Source: Solirubrobacterales bacterium (GTDB lineage Bacteria; Actinomycetota; Thermoleophilia; Solirubrobacterales; 70-9). From it: DNA of 64,000 nt. Location: positions 3,162 through 67,161 of the forward strand of contig JAXLSW010000009.1 in NCBI GenBank assembly GCA_046330415.1, read 5' to 3'. Made by a program: the position numbers and the translations under genes. This document shows, piece by piece, positions 9,500 to 19,241 of this stretch (position 1 is its first letter; each line of letters opens with the position of its first letter). The notes under the pieces are model-generated. The model worked only from the letters and a program-made list of their open reading frames with translations, searched no databases and was not told the origin of the DNA.

Positions 9500-10957
9500 G
9501 TGCCCGGGCGGCTCCTGATCAGCGGCGGCTACGTCCTTTCGATGGACGAGGAGATCGGCGAGATCGAGCGCGGCGAGGTCCTCGTCGAGGACGGGGTGAT
9601 CGTCGCGGTCGGCGAGTCGCTGGACGTCGTTGATGCGGAGCGGCTCGACGTCGCCGGCTCGGTCGTGATGCCGGGCTTCGTCGACACGCACCGCCACACC
9701 TGGCAGACGTGCTTTCGCGGAGTGTGCGCCGACTGGACGCTGCGCGACTACTTCCGTGGGATCCGCCAGCGGATCTCGCCCAACTGCGGCGCCGACGACG
9801 TCTACGCGGGCAACTGGATCGGCGCGCTCGAGGCGCTCGATGCCGGCGTCACGACGATCCTCGACTTCTCGCATTGCAACAACACCCCCGAGCACGCCGA
9901 CGCAGCGCTCGCCGGCCTCCGCGACGCCGGGATCCGGGCGACGTTCGCCTACGGCTACTTCCCGGCGCCGACCGCGGACTCACCCTTCGCCGAGCACACA
10001 GACCGGATCGCCGACGCGCGCCGGCTTCGCGAGGGCGAGCTCGCCTCCGACGACGCTCTGGTGACCATGGGGGTGGCGCTGACGGAGACCGGCCTGCTGC
10101 CCTTCGACCTGACGCTCGCCGAGATCACCTCGGCGGGGGAGATGGAGGTGCCGGTCGTGCTCCACACCGGCTGCTCGTGGGGCTCGCCGGTCACCGAGGG
10201 CATCCCGGAGCTCGCACACCACGGTCTGCTCGGCCCCGAGCAGGTCCACGTGCACTGCAACACGCTCGACGAGCGCGACTTCGATCGGCTGGCGGAGGCC
10301 GACTGCAAGGTCTCGGCGAGTCCCGAGACCGAGCTGCAGATGGGAATGGGGCATCCGGTGATCGGGAGGGCGCTGGAGCGGGGGATGCGTCCGAGCCTGA
10401 GCTGCGACGTGATCTCCTCGAACTCGGGCGACATGTTCGCCCAGATGCGGCTCGGGCTTCAGTTCGAGCGAGCGATGCGCAACGACCGCGAGATCGCCGC
10501 CAACCGGATGATCGAGCAGCTCGACCTGGGGGTTCGCGACGCCCTCCGCTGGGGAACCGCCAACGGCGCCCACGCGATGGGCATCGAGGATCGGATCGGT
10601 TCGCTGACGCCCGGGAAGCGTGCCGACCTGGTCGTGGTCGGACCCGGGCGTCTGAACATGACGCCGATGAGCGCCAACCCGGTCGGCACCCTGGTCGCGC
10701 AGGCGAACGCCTCGAACGTCGTCCACGTCCTCGTCGACGGCAGCTTCGTCAAGCGCGATGGCGAGCTCGTCGGCGTCGACCTCGACCGCGCCCGCCGTCT
10801 CGGCGAGGAGAGCGCCGAGCGGGTGATCGCCGCCGCGACGGCCGACGGCGGGCCGCTCCTGCCGCCGCCGGACCCGAGCTTCGACGACGCGATCAACGCG
10901 ATGGCCGCCGCGAACCTCGCCCGCGCCTGGGCGATCGAGCCTGAGGCCGGCGGCTAG
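9500..10957 (+). CDS. Amidohydrolase-superfamily metallo-hydrolase (deaminase/chlorohydrolase-like)
   Basis: LLISGGYVLSMD...VMPGFVDTHRHTWQT contains the HxH metal motif. About 485 aa. Confidence 0.85.
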   Translation: MPGRLLISGGYVLSMDEEIGEIERGEVLVEDGVIVAVGESLDVVDAERLDVAGSVVMPGFVDTHRHTWQTCFRGVCADWTLRDYFRGIRQRISPNCGADDVYAGNWIGALEALDAGVTTILDFSHCNNTPEHADAALAGLRDAGIRATFAYGYFPAPTADSPFAEHTDRIADARRLREGELASDDALVTMGVALTETGLLPFDLTLAEITSAGEMEVPVVLHTGCSWGSPVTEGIPELAHHGLLGPEQVHVHCNTLDERDFDRLAEADCKVSASPETELQMGMGHPVIGRALERGMRPSLSCDVISSNSGDMFAQMRLGLQFERAMRNDREIAANRMIEQLDLGVRDALRWGTANGAHAMGIEDRIGSLTPGKRADLVVVGPGRLNMTPMSANPVGTLVAQANASNVVHVLVDGSFVKRDGELVGVDLDRARRLGEESAERVIAAATADGGPLLPPPDPSFDDAINAMAAANLARAWAIEPEAGG

Positions 10958-10960
10958 TCG

Positions 10961-11251
10961 CTAGTCGTGGCTCGGTAGGTCGAGGGCGCTGGCGTCGAGC
11001 ATGACCTCGTCGACGTAGCACCACGCCCAGTCCTCGCCGGGCTCGAAGGAGCCGGCGAGCGGATGGCCCGCCGCCGCCGCATGCTTGGAGGCGTGCCGGT
11101 TGGGCGAGGAGTCACAGCAGCCGACCTCGCCGCAGGTGAGGCAGACGCGAAGATGGAGCCAGCGCCCGCCGCTCTTCAGGCACTCGCTGCAGCCCTCGGT
11201 GCTCGAGGGCGTGAAATCGCCGATCGCGTCGGTGTGGGTGCACTCGGCCAT
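10961..11251 (-). CDS. UBP-type zinc-finger domain protein
   Basis: MAECTHTD...CSECLKSGGRWLHLRVCLTCGEVGCCDSSPNRHASKH has the Cys/His pattern of zf-UBP. The start is taken at the internal ATG of ORF 10961-11404. Confidence 0.7.
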   Translation of the reverse strand: MAECTHTDAIGDFTPSSTEGCSECLKSGGRWLHLRVCLTCGEVGCCDSSPNRHASKHAAAAGHPLAGSFEPGEDWAWCYVDEVMLDASALDLPSHD

Positions 11252-11262
11252 CGGCTTCGAGC

Positions 11263-11829
11263 TTACGCTCCGGGGGTCTTCGGCTGCAAGAACCCGACGA
11301 TGGTCTCGCCGAGCATGCGCTGGGTGTCGGCGACATCGTGGCGGCCGATCGCGACCTCCTGCATCGCTGCCATGGAGAGCGTCTGGTAGACGTTCATGAT
11401 CCACTCGATCGTCATGTCGGTGCGGATCTCACCGCGTTCCAGGCAGCCGATCAGGTAGGCGCGGATCGGGCTCTCGGTCGCCGTACGGGTCTGTCGCATC
11501 TCGTCGGCTGCCGTCGCCAGGTGGCCGAGGAGGAAGCGGTTGCGGATGCCGACCTCGACGATCATGTCGCAGAGCTCGCGCAGCGCGTCGGTGACCGGCA
11601 GGCCGCGAGCGAAGATGACCTCGGCGCGCCGCCACGAGTCCTCGACGGCGTGGAAGTACATCGCGGTGATCAGCGCCTCGCGGTTGGGGAAGTGGCGGTA
11701 GACGGTGCTGCGCCCCAGGCCCGAGCGGTCCGCGATCTCCTGCATGCTCGCCCCGGGCTCCTCGCCGAGCAGCTTCATGGCCGCCTCGATGACGGCCTCC
11801 CGGTTGCGCATAGCGTCCTGCCGCGGCAA
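11263..11829 (-). CDS. TetR family transcriptional regulator
   Basis: NREAVIEAAMKLLGEEPGASMQEIADRSGLGRSTVYRHFPNREAL. Paralogous to the TetR at 26339-26923. Confidence 0.9.
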   Translation of the reverse strand: MPRQDAMRNREAVIEAAMKLLGEEPGASMQEIADRSGLGRSTVYRHFPNREALITAMYFHAVEDSWRRAEVIFARGLPVTDALRELCDMIVEVGIRNRFLLGHLATAADEMRQTRTATESPIRAYLIGCLERGEIRTDMTIEWIMNVYQTLSMAAMQEVAIGRHDVADTQRMLGETIVGFLQPKTPGA

Positions 11830-12107
11830 GCGCTCAACCCTCCTGTGCTGCGATCTTCCCGATCGCCGTTGCCCCCATTGACGACGAGTCTATGGCCGCA
11901 AGTTCGGTCCTGCTGCGCCGCCGGTCCAAACGGGATGCTATGTTCCACTTCAGGCGCTCGGCACCGTTCCCCCGCGGCGTCGGGCGCCTACTACTTGCGC
12001 TGAGGCCTCCGCTCGACGAGCGGGGGCCTCTCGCGTTCTCAGGCCAGTTTCGGCCGCGTCCGCCGTGGGCGCCGAGTCCGTGGCGAACACGGATCTGATA
12101 TCTGTAG

Positions 12108-12135
12108 TTAGGGTCACCTAATTAGGTAACCCTAA
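12108..12135. promoter_or_regulatory. A/T-rich 28-bp near-perfect palindrome, candidate repressor operator overlapping the promoter of the FG-GAP gene
   Basis: TTAGGGTCACCTAA|TTAGGTAACCCTAA. 13 of 14 positions are symmetric. It lies 46 nt upstream of the start at 12182. Confidence 0.5.
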
Positions 12136-12181
12136 GAACACTTCTCCCGTCTCGTCATCCCCTCGCAGAGAGGTAACTCGC

Positions 12182-14775
12182 TTGCACCACGTCCTGCCAC
12201 GATCCCTGCCCGCCGCCATCGCGGCCGCCATGCTCAGCCTGCTCGTCCCGAGCGCCGAGGCCGATGAGCCGACCTCGCTTCAACGCTGGTACGGCGATGC
12301 CTCCAGCGCCACGGGCGCAGCCCTCGCGCAGGGGAGCTGCGACGTCGACGGCGACGATCTCGACGATGCCGTGGTCGGCGCTTGGTTCTGGGACAAGGGC
12401 GCGAACTCCAACGTCGGCGCCGCCTACGTGATCTTCGGCGACCACGCGATCGAGGGCGGCGACCTCGCGACGCCGTCGGCCGCCGGCGCCGCGCGGATCG
12501 ACGGGCCCAGCGTCAACAGCTCCTTCGTCGGCTTCTCGGTGGGATGCGCCGGCGACGTCAACGGGGACGGCTTCGACGACATCGCGATCTCCCACTACAC
12601 CGCGGAGAAGGCCTACATCGTGCTCGGCGCGGAGGAGTTCGGCTCGCCGGATCTCTCCAACCTCGGCGAGCGCGGCTACGAGATCGCCGGCGATCCGGCC
12701 GGCGCGGCCAACGTCGGCTACTCGATGGCTCCGGCGGGAGACGTCAACGACGACGGTTTCGACGACTTCGCCCTCGCAGGTGTCGTCGCCGACACCCAGG
12801 GACGCACCAACAACGGCCGCGTGTGGATCGTCGCCGGCAAGGAGGACGTCGCCAACGTGAGCCTCGCCGCTCCGCAGCCGGGCGAGGTGATCCAGACGAT
12901 CGACGGACCCCAGAGCGAGGCCCGGCTCGGGCAGATCGCGCCGGCCGGCGACGTCGACGGTGACGGCACCGACGACGTGGTCCTCGGCGCCTACACGGCC
13001 ACCCCGCACGGCACCGGTGTCGCCGTTCCCGGCCAGGCGTGGGTGCTCCTCGGCGGCGGGTCGGCGTCCGTTGACCTCGCCTCCATCGGCACCAACGGCT
13101 TCACGATCCTCGGTCCGACCCGCGGCCGCGACCGGCTCGGGATCTCGGTTTCGGGAGCGGGCGACGTCAACGGCGACGGCCTCGACGACGTCATCGTCGG
13201 GGGCGACGGCGTCTACAACGCCGCGACCGGTCAGCGTCCCGGCAGCGCCTGGGTGATCCACGGCGCCGCTTCGGGCGAGGTCGTTCGCACCGACACCTCC
13301 GGCGTCGGCCCTGCGGTCTACGACTGCGTCGACGACGACTCGAGCGGAACCTGCGAGGCCGGTGAGAAGGAGGCGCGCGGCTACTGGATCCAGGGCGCCG
13401 ACTCCGACCCCGGGACCGCCTCGGAGGGAACCGGCTTCTCGCTCAGCGACATCGGCGACATCAACGACGACTCGATCCCCGACTTCGCGATCGGTGCCTA
13501 CGGCTACGACCCCGAGAACCCGGCCAACCCCGGCACGCGGATGAGCGGCGCCGGCGCGGTCTGGGTCGTTCACGGCAAGGCCGACGCCACCACCCAGGAT
13601 CTCGCGACGCTCACCCCCGTCCAGGGATTCCGCATCGACGGGCTCGCGGCCGGTGATCGCTTCGGACGCCAGGTCGCCGGGCTCGGCGACGTCGACGACA
13701 ACGGCGTAGCCGACTTCACTGTGGGAGCCGATTTCGCCGCCCGCCCGCTGGCTCCGGCGACACCGCGCACGCAGGCCGGTGAGGTAGCGGTCGCCCTGCT
13801 CGGCAAGCCGCTGACGTCGACCGCGCTCGCGAGCAGCAGCACCGGTGATCTCGAGGCCGGCGACACCGCCGATCTGACCGCCACCGTCGATGCGCCCGTC
13901 GCGGGTGGCGGGGCGCCGCAGAGCGGAACCGTCGGCTTCGCCGTCGACGGGGCGGCGATCCCCGGCTGCGCAGCCGTCCCCGTCAACGCGGTCGACGGCA
14001 CCGCGAGCTGCGACGACGTCCGCTTCGACCGCTTCGGTGACTTCGAGCTGACCGCCACCTACGAGGGCGGCGAGGACTACCTCGACTCGAGCTCCGACGC
14101 GCTCGATCAGTCCGTCGTCGAGGATTCGGTCACGACCCTCTCCGCTTCGGCGGCGGCCGTGCAGGTTGGCGACTCCGTCATCTTCACCGTCGGGGTCGAG
14201 TCAGAGGCCTCCGCGAGCCCGGCCGAGGCCGGGGCCGTGAGCCTGACTACGGCCGCGGGACCGCTCGCCGGCTGCGAGTCGATCGCGCTCGACGGCTCCG
14301 GGTCCGGTACCTGCGCCGCGTCGTTCGCCGACGTCGGAGCGGTCGAGGTGACCGCCTCCTACGTCGGCACCGACACGCTCCGTGCCTCGAGCTCCGATCC
14401 GCTGTCGGTGCGGGTCGAGGCGCCGCCGATCGATCCCCGGCCGCGACCCCGGCCCGGGCGGCGCTCGCCGGCCCCGTCGTCAAGGTGCCGCGCCGTGGAT
14501 CGGCCGAGGTCGCCGAGCTCACCTGCGGGACCCCGGCCAGCTGCGCGGTCGTCGCCGACATCAACCGCCTGCGGATCGGCAAGCGCCGCTACGCGGCCGC
14601 GCTCGATGCGCCGGCGAGCATCCCGGCCGGTGAGGCGGCTTCGGTATCGGTGACGCTGACGGATCGTGCGGCGAAGGCGCTGCGCAACCGCGGCAAGGCG
14701 ACGCTCCGGATTCGCGTCGCCGTCGGCGACGCGGGCGCGTCCGGACCCGTGACCCTGAAGCCGGAGCGCGGATGA
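12182..14775 (+). pseudogene. Secreted FG-GAP (integrin-alpha-like) repeat protein with Ig-like C-terminal domains. There is a 1-nt frame break near 14404-14470.
   Basis: Signal peptide, then repeated GDVNGDGFDD/GDVDGDGTDD FG-GAP calcium loops. The coding-looking tail ...VVKVPRRGSAEVAELTCGTPASCAVV...ATLRIRVAVGD continues in frame 1 and ends in an ATGA overlap with the next gene. The annotated frame instead runs into an R/P/S-rich junk tail. Confidence 0.7.
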
Positions 14776-16487
14776 CGCGCGCCCGGGCCGCGGCGGTCGC
14801 CGCCACCATCGCGTGCGCGACGGCCGCCGCGGCCTGCCCCGCCCAGGCAGCGCCCGAGGGGGAGGAGCGCGGGACCGCCGGTGACGACAGGGTGGTTCTA
14901 ACCGGCGGTCCCGATCGCTTCAAGGCCCGCGGCGGCGACGATCGAGTTCGAGGCGAGGGCGGAGCCGACAGGCTCGCCGGCGGAGCGGGCGACGACCGGC
15001 TCGTCGGCGGCGGTGGTCGCGACAGCCTTCGCGGCGGTCCGGGCGCTGACAAGCTGCTCGCCCGCGACGGCCGTCGAGACGCTCTCGTCGCGGGTGGTCC
15101 CGGCCGTGACGTCTGCGTGGTCGATCGGGGCGAGGCCGACCGCGCCCGCGGCTGCGAGGTGATTCGCGGGAACGGTCCTGACGACCCCGTTGGCCCCGAA
15201 GATCCGCCCGGGGACCCCGGGGATCCCGAGGACCCGGTCGACCCCGAGGAGCCCGCGCGCCCCGATCCCCAGCCCTCGGACGCCTACGTGAACCGGAACT
15301 GGACGCCGACCGTCTTTGACACCTGCCCGAAGGTGCTCCACGACAGCTACTCGGTCGTCGGCCCCGACGGCAAGCTGTATCCGACCTGGCATCCGGCTGA
15401 GGTCGTGAACCCGGCGACCGGGCAGATGTGCACGTTCGGCCACGAGCATGGCGCCGACCCGGCCGGCTCCGACATCTACGGCTGGGTCGTCGAGCACTTC
15501 ACGGCCGAGGGGTACGAGGACCGCGCGGGGATCCCGTTCGGTTTCGGCAACGAGGAGCTGACCGAGTACGCCGCTGCGAACGCCGGCGTGGCGACCCGAT
15601 ACGAGGATCACGTCGGGCACAAGGTCGACTACGTCAACGACGTCACCCTGCTCGACACCGACGGCCGCTACGTCCGCGATGACGCGGGGGAGCGGGTGAG
15701 CTGCGACTACCTCTTCAAGGTCCACCAGGGAAGCCACTCGCCGGACGCGACGACCAACAACGTCCACGAGCTGATCTTCGCGGCCCGCTGCAGCGACGGC
15801 ACCGACCTGCTGACGACGACGATGGCCCGCTTCGGCGCCCCCAACACGTACAGCCGCTCGTGCTCACCGGCGACCGCGGTCCAGACCGGCACGAGCAGCC
15901 CCTATCCGGCCGGGGGAGGCATCCGGCTGCTTCCCGATCGCGGCTGCATCGAGGAGTACGTGCTGATCCCTCCCGCGCAGACGAACCGGCGCAGCGACAT
16001 CTGGGCGCTGTACGAGAACTGGCAGCTCGAGGAGGAGCTGACCACCGCCGACGGCGAGACCGTCGCCTCCTTCGACCCGTGGTTCGCGGTCCGCAACCCG
16101 TCCCGCTACGCGTGGCCGGGGACCGGGATCGGGCGCACTCTCGACGCCGCCTGGGAGACCGAGACGGCCGACGGCGGCGTCGCCAACGCGACCCCGTGGG
16201 GCGACGTGCAGGCATCGGCGCCGTTCGAGTACCGCGATCCGCGCTCGCCCTTCGACGGCTCCCAGCGCGACTTCTACATCCAGGACGTCGAGGTGCGCAA
16301 CGAGGGCGGGCCGGAGCGGGTGTGGACCGATCCTTACGGCGGCAGCGCCTCGGCCGAGCCGTTCCCCGGGGCGATCTGCCAGCTCGTCAGCCCGACCGAC
16401 AACTCCGATCAGCCGGTGCTGAAGCGACGGCTGTTCGGCCGCGACGACGACTACGGGGCCGGCAACGGGGTTCACGCGCCCAACTGA
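14772..16487 (+). CDS. Secreted protein: RTX-like GGxGxD repeats, a P/D/E-rich linker, and a His-rich domain I do not recognise
   Basis: Signal peptide AAAACPAQAAP. Repeats GGDDRVRGEGGADRLAGGAGDDRLVGGGGRDSLRGGPGADKL. The C-terminal domain carries CTFGHEHG, HVGHKVDY and KVHQGSHSPD. Confidence 0.7.
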   Translation: MTRARAAAVAATIACATAAAACPAQAAPEGEERGTAGDDRVVLTGGPDRFKARGGDDRVRGEGGADRLAGGAGDDRLVGGGGRDSLRGGPGADKLLARDGRRDALVAGGPGRDVCVVDRGEADRARGCEVIRGNGPDDPVGPEDPPGDPGDPEDPVDPEEPARPDPQPSDAYVNRNWTPTVFDTCPKVLHDSYSVVGPDGKLYPTWHPAEVVNPATGQMCTFGHEHGADPAGSDIYGWVVEHFTAEGYEDRAGIPFGFGNEELTEYAAANAGVATRYEDHVGHKVDYVNDVTLLDTDGRYVRDDAGERVSCDYLFKVHQGSHSPDATTNNVHELIFAARCSDGTDLLTTTMARFGAPNTYSRSCSPATAVQTGTSSPYPAGGGIRLLPDRGCIEEYVLIPPAQTNRRSDIWALYENWQLEEELTTADGETVASFDPWFAVRNPSRYAWPGTGIGRTLDAAWETETADGGVANATPWGDVQASAPFEYRDPRSPFDGSQRDFYIQDVEVRNEGGPERVWTDPYGGSASAEPFPGAICQLVSPTDNSDQPVLKRRLFGRDDDYGAGNGVHAPN

Positions 16488-16536
16488 CGACGTCGGGACG
16501 CCGCGGTCGCAGCGGCAGCGGCGGTAGGTTCAAGGC

Positions 16537-17436
16537 GTGAGCGAGCGCGAGGACCTGACCTTTGAATCCGGCGGGGAGCGCTGCGCCGCCTGGCTCTATC
16601 GCCCCACCGGTGCCGGGCCGCATCCCTGCGTGATCCTCGCCCACGGCTTCGCCGGGGTGCGGGCGGCGCGCCTGTGGGCATTCGCCGAGCGCTTCCGCGA
16701 CGCGGGGATCGCCGCACTCGTCTTCGACTACCGGTGCTTCGGCGACAGCGGCGGTGAGCCGCGGCAGCTCCTCTCGATCGGGCGCCAGCTCGAGGACTGG
16801 CGCGCGGCGATCGCCTTCGCCCGCGGCCTCGACGGCGTCGACCCCGAGCGGATCGCGCTCTGGGGCACCTCGTTCTCGGGCGGCCACGTCGTCGCCCTCG
16901 CCGCCGAGGACGAGCGGATTGCCGCGGTCGTCTCCCAGGCTCCCTTCAGCAACGGGCTCTCCGCGCTCGGCGCCGCCGGGCCGAAGGAATCGGCTCGGCT
17001 CACCGTCGCCGGCCTGCTCGACGTCCTCTCGATCGTCGGCCGCGGCGAGCCCGTCAGGATCCCCGCGGTGGAGCGGCCCGGCTGCGGCGGCGCGATGGTC
17101 CAGCCGGGCGCCTACGAGGGCTATCGCTCGCTCTTCGACGATCCCGACGCCGACTTCCGCAACGAGTTCTGCGCCCGCGCCGGGCTGCTTCTCGGTGCCT
17201 ACGCGCCCTCACGCCACGCGGGTGACGTCCGCTGTCCGCTGCTCGTCTGCGTGCTCGCCGACGACGACGTCACCCCGCCCGAGCCCGCTCGCCGCATGGC
17301 CGAGCGAGCGCCTCAGGGCGAGCTGATCGACTACGGGCCGGGCCTCGGCCACTTCGCGATCTACACGGGTGAACCTTTCGAGCGCGCCGTCGCCGATCAG
17401 TCGGCGTTCCTGCGCCGCAGCCTCGGCGTCGCCTGA
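16537..17436 (+). CDS. Alpha/beta hydrolase
   Basis: HGFAG oxyanion region, GTSFSGG nucleophile elbow, about 300 aa. Confidence 0.85.
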   Translation: MSEREDLTFESGGERCAAWLYRPTGAGPHPCVILAHGFAGVRAARLWAFAERFRDAGIAALVFDYRCFGDSGGEPRQLLSIGRQLEDWRAAIAFARGLDGVDPERIALWGTSFSGGHVVALAAEDERIAAVVSQAPFSNGLSALGAAGPKESARLTVAGLLDVLSIVGRGEPVRIPAVERPGCGGAMVQPGAYEGYRSLFDDPDADFRNEFCARAGLLLGAYAPSRHAGDVRCPLLVCVLADDDVTPPEPARRMAERAPQGELIDYGPGLGHFAIYTGEPFERAVADQSAFLRRSLGVA

Positions 17437-17468
17437 GCTGCCCAGCCCGTTCGATGTCCTGAAACGCC

Positions 17469-17503
17469 GCGGCCCCGCCCGGCGGGGAACCGGACGGGGC
17501 CGC
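17469..17503. terminator. GC-rich hairpin between convergent genes (possible bidirectional terminator)
   Basis: gcggccccg (17469-17477) pairs with cggggccgc (17495-17503). No clear U-tract. Confidence 0.4.
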
Positions 17504-17565
17504 GATGGGCGGCGCGCCACCTGGGGGAGCGGCGGCGCGCCTGTCCCACCCGTATGCGCGTCAGA

Positions 17566-19062
17566 TCAGATCTGCACGCAGACGCTCTTGGTCTCGGTGT
17601 AGCACTCGAGGACCTCGCTGCCCATCTCGCGTCCCCAGCCGGACTCCTTGTAGCCGCCGAACGGCAGGGAGGCGTCGAAGACGTTGTAGCAATTGACCCA
17701 CACCGTTCCGGCGCGCAGCGCCTTCGCGGTCCGGTGCGCCTTCGAGATGTCCTTCGTCCACACACCGGCGGCGAGACCGTAGGCGGTGCCGTTGCCGGCG
17801 CCGATCAGCTCGTCGGTGTCCTTGAACGGCTTCACCGTCACCACCGGGCCGAAGATCTCCTCGGCCTCCACGGACATGTCCGCGTTGGTGTCGCTGAGGA
17901 CCGTCGGCTGCACGAAGTAGCCGGGGCCGTCGACGGCGCTGCCGCCGGTGACCGCCTTGGCGCCGTCGGACTTCCCCTGGTCGAGGAACCCGGTGACGCG
18001 GTCCTGCTGCTCCTGGGAGACGAGCGGGCCCATGTCGGTGTCGGGATCGAGCCCCGAGCCGACCTTGATCCCCTCGGCGTGCCGGGAGACGCCCTCGAGC
18101 ACCTCGTCGTAGTGCTCCTGCTCCACGAACAGCCGGGAGCCGGCCGCACAGCACTGGCCGTGGTTGAAGAAGATCGCGTTCGCCGCTCCCGGGATCGCGT
18201 CCTCCATGTCGGCGTCGCTGTAGACGACGTTCGGGGACTTCCCGCCGAGCTCGAGCGTGAGCTTCTTGAGGTTGCCCGCGGCCGCCTTGACGATCAGCTT
18301 GCCGACCTCGGTCGAGCCCGTGAAGGCCACCTTGTTGACGTCGTCGTGGGCGGCGAGGGCCGCTCCGGCGGTCTCACCGAAGCCGGTGACGACGTTGAGC
18401 ACGCCCTCGGGAACGCCGGCCTCGAGGATCAACTCGGCGAGCCGCAGCGCCGAGAGCGGCGTCTGCTCGGCCGGCTTGAGCACGATCGTGCAGCCGGTGG
18501 TGAGCGCCGGACCCAGCTTCCACGCGGCCATCAGCAGCGGGAAGTTCCACGGGATGATCTGGCCGACGACGCCGATCGGCTCGCGCAGCGTGTAGGCGTG
18601 CCACTGGGCGTCGGGCATGTAGGGGACGCTCGGCGCGATCGTGCGCCCGTCGAGCTTCGTCGCGAACCCCGACATGTAGTGGAAGAGGTCGGCGGCGAGC
18701 GGCACGTCGGCTGCCTGCGCGATCGCGAAGGGCTTGCCGTTGTCGAGCGTCTCGAGCGCTGCGAGCTCGTCGCCGTGCTCGAGGATCAGGTCGCCGATCC
18801 GGTGGATGATGCGCCCGCGCTCGGAGGTGCTCATGCTCGCCCAGGGGCCGGACTCGAAGGCGGCACGGGCGGTCTTGACCGCACGGTCGATGTCCTCGGA
18901 GTCGCCCTCGGCGACGTTCGCGAGCACCTCGCCGGTGGCCGGGTTGTAGACCTCGAAGGTCTTCCCCGATGCGGAGCTGACCCAATCGCCGCCGATCAGC
19001 ATCGGCCTTTCGCTGCCGACGAACTCGCGTGCGCGCTCGTCGATCTGGATCTCGGTTGCCAT
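17566..19062 (-). CDS. NAD(P)-dependent aldehyde dehydrogenase
   Basis: MATEIQIDERAREFV...; ELGGKSPNVV and FFNHGQCCAAGSR catalytic motifs. GGAGAGAG RBS upstream of the ATG at 19062. The longer ORF to 19431 is upstream read-through. Confidence 0.9.
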   Translation of the reverse strand: MATEIQIDERAREFVGSERPMLIGGDWVSSASGKTFEVYNPATGEVLANVAEGDSEDIDRAVKTARAAFESGPWASMSTSERGRIIHRIGDLILEHGDELAALETLDNGKPFAIAQAADVPLAADLFHYMSGFATKLDGRTIAPSVPYMPDAQWHAYTLREPIGVVGQIIPWNFPLLMAAWKLGPALTTGCTIVLKPAEQTPLSALRLAELILEAGVPEGVLNVVTGFGETAGAALAAHDDVNKVAFTGSTEVGKLIVKAAAGNLKKLTLELGGKSPNVVYSDADMEDAIPGAANAIFFNHGQCCAAGSRLFVEQEHYDEVLEGVSRHAEGIKVGSGLDPDTDMGPLVSQEQQDRVTGFLDQGKSDGAKAVTGGSAVDGPGYFVQPTVLSDTNADMSVEAEEIFGPVVTVKPFKDTDELIGAGNGTAYGLAAGVWTKDISKAHRTAKALRAGTVWVNCYNVFDASLPFGGYKESGWGREMGSEVLECYTETKSVCVQI

Positions 19063-19241
19063 CTGTATCTCTCTCCTCGTTCGCTTCCGGTGGGCACGCT
19101 CCGTGTGTGGAGCACCGATCACGACCGTAGGAACGGGGGCGTTACAAGTGCGTTGCAACTGGGAATCGGCATGACGAAGGGGTCTCGCGGCCGCTTGCCG
19201 AGAACGACGGTGGCGTAGCATCGACCCCGGAGGAGAGTGCG

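Noticed and set aside
8270-9895. Long antisense or shadow ORFs of 200-800 aa. Examples: 8270-9895(-), 3912-5060(-), 12155-13573(-), 17554-19218(+), 39192-40781(-), 40222-42192(+), 42890-44587(-), 45266-47653(-), 52438-54237(-), 58538-60022(-), 60610-61707(-), 6119-8092(-) upstream of nt 6900.
   Set aside because: They overlap genes with clear family signatures in another frame or strand. Their translations are R/G/A/P-rich low-complexity text without motifs. Stop-poor alternative frames are expected at this G+C content.
19063-19241. GTTGCAA-containing repeats (about 19141-19160 and 19262-19270) as operator sites of the GAF regulator
   Set aside because: The matches are only 7-8 nt with no clear dyad or spacing. 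This is too weak to report as a feature.
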